A DNA stretch of 64,000 nt, taken from assembly GCA_002724975.1 (NCBI GenBank), contig PBQF01000039.1:1152-65151 (forward strand), read 5' to 3'. Below are positions 59,627 through 64,000 of this stretch, piece after piece. A program made the translations under genes and the position numbers. Source of the stretch: Parcubacteria group bacterium (GTDB lineage: Bacteria; Patescibacteriota; Minisyncoccia; Phycocordibacterales; GCA-002724975). The notes beneath the pieces were generated by a model. The model was not told the DNA's origin. It made no database searches and saw only the letters and a program-made list of their open reading frames with translations. Numbering within the stretch: position 1 is the first letter of the stretch; each line of letters starts with the position of its first letter.

Positions 59627-61763
59627 GGGATTCTATTATTTTCTCTGCCACATTTGGAGGGACAACAGCATAACTATCAAACTCCATTGTTGATGTTCCT
59701 CTTCCTGCTGTCATTGAACGAAGTTCGGTGGTGTAACCAAACATTTCGCTTAAAGGAACTTTGGCTCGGATAACTTTCATGCCATGCCTGTCTTCCATTC
59801 CCTCAATTTGTCCTCTCTTAGAATTCAAACTTCCTGAAACATCACCAAAAAATTCTTCAGGTGCAACAACTTCAATACTCATTATCGGTTCTAAGATTAC
59901 AGGGTTGGCCTTTTTGGCTGCATCTTGAAAAGCTTTTGAACCGGCAATCTTGAAAGCAATCTCTGATGAATCAACATCGTGGTAAGAGCCGTCAAATAAA
60001 TTAACACTGACATCAACAATTTGATATCCAGCAACAACTCCCCTAGCCATTCCTTCTCTGATTCCTTTTTCAACTGCTGGAATATATTCCTGCGGAATAA
60101 TGCCACCTTTGATGCTATTTATAAATTCAAGACCATTTTTTCTTTTGGTATTCTTCGGCAAATCTTCATCAGCAATACTTTTGTCCATTGGTTTAACTCT
60201 AATTTTTACATGTCCATATTGTCCGCGACCACCTGTCTGCTTAATATATTTCTCCTCCTGCTCTGCCTCTCTCTGAATAGTTTCCTTATAAGCAACCTGT
60301 GGCTTGCCAACATTTGCCTCAACACTAAATTCCCTTTTCATTCTGTCTACCAAAATATCTAAATGAAGTTCTCCCATACCAGCAATAATAGTCTCCAATG
60401 TTTCGGGGTCAGTTTTTATTTTAAATGTCGGGTCCTCATCCGAAAGTTTTTTTAGGGCAAGACCCATTTTTTCCTGATCAGCTTTTGTTTTAGGTTCTAT
60501 TCTCATGGCTACAACTGGCTCTGGAAAGACAATTTGCTCAAGAATTATCGGCTTTGATTCATCACAGAGGGTGTGCGAGGTTTTAGTATCTTTAAGTCCA
60601 ACGGCTGCAGCAATTTCCCCAGCATAAACTGTCTCAACCTCTTCCCTCTTGTCTGCTTGCAAACGAACGATTCTCCCTAATCTCTCTTTTTCTTCTGTAT
60701 TTGAATTATAAATATATGAACCAGAAGAAACAGCCCCAGAATAAACCCTAAAGAATGTTAACTGGCCAACAAACGGGTCTGTCTGCAATTTGAATGCCAG
60801 AGCACAAAATGGCTCGTCATCGGAAGGCTTTCTTTCTTCCTCCTCATTTGTTTTAGGATTAATTCCCCTAACTGGTCGAATATCAACTGGAGACGGAAGA
60901 TAGTCAACAACACCATCAAGAACCAATTGCACTCCTTTGTTTTTCAGAGCACTGCCGGCATAAACTGGAAAAACTTCATTAGCTATAACCGCTTTTCTTA
61001 AAAGTTCTTTTAATTTGTCCAAAGGAAGTTCTTTGCCTTCTAAATAGTCATGCGTCATAACCTCATCATTCTCGACAATCCTTTCAATCAATTCTCCCCT
61101 ATATTTTTCTGCTTCAGCTTTCAGCTCCTCTGGGACTTCTCCTTCAACCACCTTCTCCCCCATTTGTCCTTCAAATCTGTAAGCTTTCATTTTCAAAAGG
61201 TCGACAGCTCCTTCGTGTTTTTCTTCAAGTCCAATTGGAATCTGCATTCGAACAGCTTTTTTACTTAGTCGCTCCAATATAGATGCGTACGATTTTTCAA
61301 AATCTGCTCCTGTTCTATCAAGTTTGTTTATAAGACAAAGTCTGGGCACTTGTGCCTCTTCGGCATATCGCCAGTTTGTCTCAGATTGTGGCTCAACTCC
61401 GGCAACACCGTCAAAAACAACAACGGCACCATCTAAAACTCTCATTGACCTTTTAACTTCAGCGGTAAAGTCAATGTGTCCAGGAGTATCAATAATATTA
61501 AAATTGGTTTTGTTTTCCTCTTTCTCTTTGTCTTCACCAATTTTTATCCAAGAGCATGAAATGGCGGCAGAAGTGATAGTTATACCTCTTTCTCTCTCCT
61601 GTTCCATCCAGTCAGTAATAGTATCTCCTTCATGAACTTCGCCGATTTTATGGCTCATCCCAGTATAAAAAAGGACTCTTTCAGATGTGGTAGTCTTACC
61701 CGCATCAATGTGGGCAATAATTCCAAAGTTTCTGGTTCTTTCTAGGGGATACTGTCTAGCCAT
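59619..61763 (-). CDS. fusA: elongation factor G
   Basis: [10 protein letters not shown]1 motif, 714 aa, str operon context. Confidence 0.95.
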   Translation of the reverse strand: MARQYPLERTRNFGIIAHIDAGKTTTSERVLFYTGMSHKIGEVHEGDTITDWMEQERERGITITSAAISCSWIKIGEDKEKEENKTNFNIIDTPGHIDFTAEVKRSMRVLDGAVVVFDGVAGVEPQSETNWRYAEEAQVPRLCLINKLDRTGADFEKSYASILERLSKKAVRMQIPIGLEEKHEGAVDLLKMKAYRFEGQMGEKVVEGEVPEELKAEAEKYRGELIERIVENDEVMTHDYLEGKELPLDKLKELLRKAVIANEVFPVYAGSALKNKGVQLVLDGVVDYLPSPVDIRPVRGINPKTNEEEERKPSDDEPFCALAFKLQTDPFVGQLTFFRVYSGAVSSGSYIYNSNTEEKERLGRIVRLQADKREEVETVYAGEIAAAVGLKDTKTSHTLCDESKPIILEQIVFPEPVVAMRIEPKTKADQEKMGLALKKLSDEDPTFKIKTDPETLETIIAGMGELHLDILVDRMKREFSVEANVGKPQVAYKETIQREAEQEEKYIKQTGGRGQYGHVKIRVKPMDKSIADEDLPKNTKRKNGLEFINSIKGGIIPQEYIPAVEKGIREGMARGVVAGYQIVDVSVNLFDGSYHDVDSSEIAFKIAGSKAFQDAAKKANPVILEPIMSIEVVAPEEFFGDVSGSLNSKRGQIEGMEDRHGMKVIRAKVPLSEMFGYTTELRSMTAGRGTSTMEFDSYAVVPPNVAEKIIESRK

Positions 61764-61769
61764 AATTTA

Positions 61770-62237
61770 TTACCAGGCGAAGTGGGCAAAGGCCTTGTTG
61801 GCTTCAGCCATCTTATGAGTGTTTTCTTTCTTTTTGACTGCACCACCTTCCCCTTTGTCTGCGAGAATTAATTCCTGTGCAAGTTTCTTCCGCATTGGTG
61901 AACCTTTTTTTTCTTTAGCCGCTTCAATAATCCATCTCAAACCTAATGTTAGTCTTCTTTCCGGCCTGACTTCTCTTGGAATTTGATAGTTCGCCCCACC
62001 AACTCTTTTTGAACGAACTTCAACATTTGGTGACGCATTCATTACGGCCCCTTGAAAAACTTCGGTTGGTTCTTTTTTTGTTTCTGTCTTTATATCTTCA
62101 AAAGCACCGTAAACAATTTGTCTGGCGGTGTTTTTCTTCCCGTTTTCCATAACATAGTTAATAAGCTTTTGAACTTCTAGAGAGTTGTATCTTATATCTG
62201 GTTCTATTTTATTTTTTTTCTTCGGCCCTCTTCGCAT
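61770..62237 (-). CDS. rpsG: 30S ribosomal protein S7
   Basis: uS7 family, 155 aa. Confidence 0.9.
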   Translation of the reverse strand: MRRGPKKKNKIEPDIRYNSLEVQKLINYVMENGKKNTARQIVYGAFEDIKTETKKEPTEVFQGAVMNASPNVEVRSKRVGGANYQIPREVRPERRLTLGLRWIIEAAKEKKGSPMRKKLAQELILADKGEGGAVKKKENTHKMAEANKAFAHFAW

Positions 62238-62250
62238 TTATTTCTTTTGG

Positions 62251-62664
62251 TTATTCTTTTTTGGGTTTCTTTGTGCCATATCGACTTCTTCCTTTCTTCC
62301 TATTTGCCGCTCCCTCCGAATCTAAAACGCCCCTAACAACTGTATATCTAACACCAATATCTTTTACTCGTCCTCCTCTTAGAACTACCATGGAGTGTTC
62401 TTGCAAATTGTGTCCAATGCCGGGAATGTAAGCTGTCACTTCCATTCCGTTTGTTAGACGAACTCTGCAGATTTTCCTGACAGCGGAGTTCGGCTTCTTT
62501 GGGGTAGTCGTCTTGACTTGGATACAAACACCTCTTTTAAACGGAGAAGCAAATCCTGTAGGGATATTTTTCTTTGTATTAAAACCACGCCTCAAAGCAA
62601 TAGCCTTGGGCTTTTTTTCTATTTTCTTTCTCTTTTTTCTAACCAGCTGGTTTATAGTCGCCAT
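62251..62664 (-). CDS. rpsL: 30S ribosomal protein S12
   Basis: uS12 with conserved PKKPNSA and VRL segments. Confidence 0.95.
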   Translation of the reverse strand: MATINQLVRKKRKKIEKKPKAIALRRGFNTKKNIPTGFASPFKRGVCIQVKTTTPKKPNSAVRKICRVRLTNGMEVTAYIPGIGHNLQEHSMVVLRGGRVKDIGVRYTVVRGVLDSEGAANRKKGRSRYGTKKPKKE

Positions 62665-62735
62665 CGTATTAAATATCCCGCTTTAGCGGGACTTCAGTAA
62701 TTTAATATTAAAATGGTTAAAAATCAAGCTATTTC

Positions 62736-63293
62736 TTAGATTTCAGAGCAGGATAGAGATTGTCTCACGGCATTTCTGCCGGCTTTTTGGTTTCTTAAAA
62801 GGCAACTTACATTGTTTGAAGCAAGGCCCTCTACTATATATGAGTCATCTTTCCTGCTGTTTTCGGGATTGTAAATAAAGCCTCTGGCTTCCAAAAATGC
62901 CCTTGTTAAGTCATCTTTATTTGAAATGGGCCCCACTGACTTTACAGAAAACCCTTCATAAGTTTCCCCGTTTAGAAATTCTCCTACGGATTCAACCCAA
63001 CCCACTTTTGTTTCTTTTGGAAAAGCGTAATTCAATGTGTTGGCTAAATAAAAATCCTTTATTATTTTAGGTGTTCCGTCAGCAAAGTTTTCATCAATAG
63101 TGATCGATTCAGCGGGCGCTGTATCTTCCTGTCCAGAACTTTCTGTTGCCACTGCCGATGCTGATTGTGTAATTCTGTCCTCTTCCTTCTCAACGCTTGC
63201 GCCGATAAAGTAAAGTGCAACAAGAAAAGCCAAGGCTAATGAAACTAGTACTGTTGCAGTTGATATTCCTTTTTTGTAATCTATTTTTTTCAT
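62736..63293 (-). CDS. hypothetical secreted protein (N-terminal TM/signal)
   Basis: 185 aa. Confidence 0.35.
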   Translation of the reverse strand: MKKIDYKKGISTATVLVSLALAFLVALYFIGASVEKEEDRITQSASAVATESSGQEDTAPAESITIDENFADGTPKIIKDFYLANTLNYAFPKETKVGWVESVGEFLNGETYEGFSVKSVGPISNKDDLTRAFLEARGFIYNPENSRKDDSYIVEGLASNNVSCLLRNQKAGRNAVRQSLSCSEI

Positions 63294-63295
63294 AA

Positions 63296-63862
63296 TTACT
63301 TACAAACCATTTCTTTCCATTCCCACATTAACGGACAATCTTCAGTATTCCAAATATTTACATTAGCAAGTGATGAAGGTAGATTACACTGTTCGCCTTC
63401 ATTAATACCTGGATTATGAAAATCACTTGAGCATCCACCTGTTGAAATAGCCTGCCAGAAAAATTCTCCCTCAACATCAACAACATTTATTATTTTTTCC
63501 ACCACTTCCACCACTTCCACCACTTCCACCACTTCCACCACTTCCACCGTTTTCTCTTCAATTGCTTCTACTTCTTCTACTACATTTTCTTCTACGGTTG
63601 GTTCCTCGGCCGGCACTTCTTCATCTTCGACAACTTTTGTAACTTCTTCATCTGCAAACTCTATGTTTATTACCTCACCTATTGTAGAAACCGTGGCCAC
63701 TGCCACATTCGACATATCATTTAACGAAAAGGAGAGAACATAAACTAAGTCTTCCCCAGCCAAAGCTAAAGCGTTGAAAAACTTTTTTAAAAGTTTTACA
63801 GGATTTGTAGAAGCATCTACAAAAGTATCATTTTCTTCCACAGCTTGAATTTCTTCCGCCAC
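63296..63862 (-). CDS. hypothetical acidic protein with (VVE)n repeat
   Basis: 188 aa, Glu/Val-rich; contains a 9-bp x about 5.5 microsatellite. Confidence 0.4.
   Translation of the reverse strand: MAEEIQAVEENDTFVDASTNPVKLLKKFFNALALAGEDLVYVLSFSLNDMSNVAVATVSTIGEVINIEFADEEVTKVVEDEEVPAEEPTVEENVVEEVEAIEEKTVEVVEVVEVVEVVEVVEKIINVVDVEGEFFWQAISTGGCSSDFHNPGINEGEQCNLPSSLANVNIWNTEDCPLMWEWKEMVCK
63499..63548. repeat. 9-bp tandem microsatellite (accacttcc)n encoding (VVE)n
   Basis: ccaccacttccaccacttccaccacttccaccacttccaccacttccacc. Confidence 0.9.
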
Positions 63863-64000
63863 AACTTGGGACGCTTCTTCACTTTCGTCATTAAAAAACG
63901 GCTCACTATTTATTGAACTAGAAAAGAGACCGGTGAAAAAACCAAAGTTATTTAAGAAGTCGGCAGAGCCATAATTTGAGTCAAAGACCGCATTTTCTTC

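Noticed and set aside
59489-59773. 94-aa + strand ORF starting after the second 27-bp repeat
   Set aside because: It has no RBS, runs through the GTAC-palindrome terminator and then antisense into the fusA 3' end. The region is better explained as a noncoding transcript or terminator.

Overview
The window is a low-GC stretch of bacterial chromosome, AT-rich by eye (roughly one-third GC outside the RNA genes). Most genes are on the minus strand and encode core functions.

Its gene content and architecture resemble the small genomes of Candidate Phyla Radiation (Patescibacteria) bacteria. This is an inference from features such as a type-2 IleRS, an unlinked 23S-5S rRNA pair, a lamin-tail-domain surface protein and giant Thr/Gly-rich surface proteins.

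Recognisable content:
- Sec machinery: SecG, SecD, SecF and a SecE-NusG-L11 cluster.
- Cell division and envelope: FtsE/FtsX, FtsK and a RodA/FtsW-family protein.
- Translation factors: RF2, EF-P and EF-G.
- Ribosomal protein operons: S12-S7-EF-G and S6-SSB-S18.
- Aminoacyl-tRNA synthetases: MetRS, ArgRS and IleRS.
- Recombination and repair: RecA, a RecO-like protein, RmuC and a TatD nuclease.
- RNase J.
- A P-type ATPase.
- Transporters: an MFS and an AI-2E transporter.
- A glutaredoxin-like/VKOR pair.
- A WbaP-like sugar transferase with a GT4 glycosyltransferase.
- Six tRNAs: Gln, two Thr, Asp, Met(CAT) and initiator fMet.
- A 23S-5S rRNA unit with no 16S.

The main finding is five compositionally foreign, visibly GC-rich cassettes at about 10.3-10.8 kb, 12.15-12.7 kb, 13.6-14.0 kb, 20.8-21.4 kb and 34.2-34.8 kb. 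Each carries its own near-consensus sigma70-type promoter (TTGAC/TTGAT -35), a strong Shine-Dalgarno, one or two small GC3-rich ORFs and a stem-loop/T-tract terminator. They sit on the minus strand in intergenic gaps next to tRNA or ribosomal genes, in a moron-like arrangement. One of them encodes a 157-aa protein built from four near-identical 37-aa CxxC...CxxC zinc-ribbon repeats, with 111-bp DNA repeats at about 97% identity.

Other notable items:
- An IleRS carrying an inserted histidine-phosphatase (RHG) domain.
- An N-terminally short RF2 abutting a tRNA.
- A 27-bp promoter-like direct repeat flanking a SAM-methyltransferase gene.
- A perfect 36-bp tandem duplication.
- A helix-turn-helix regulator gene with operator-like and KGH repeats.
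- A (VVE)n 9-bp microsatellite.
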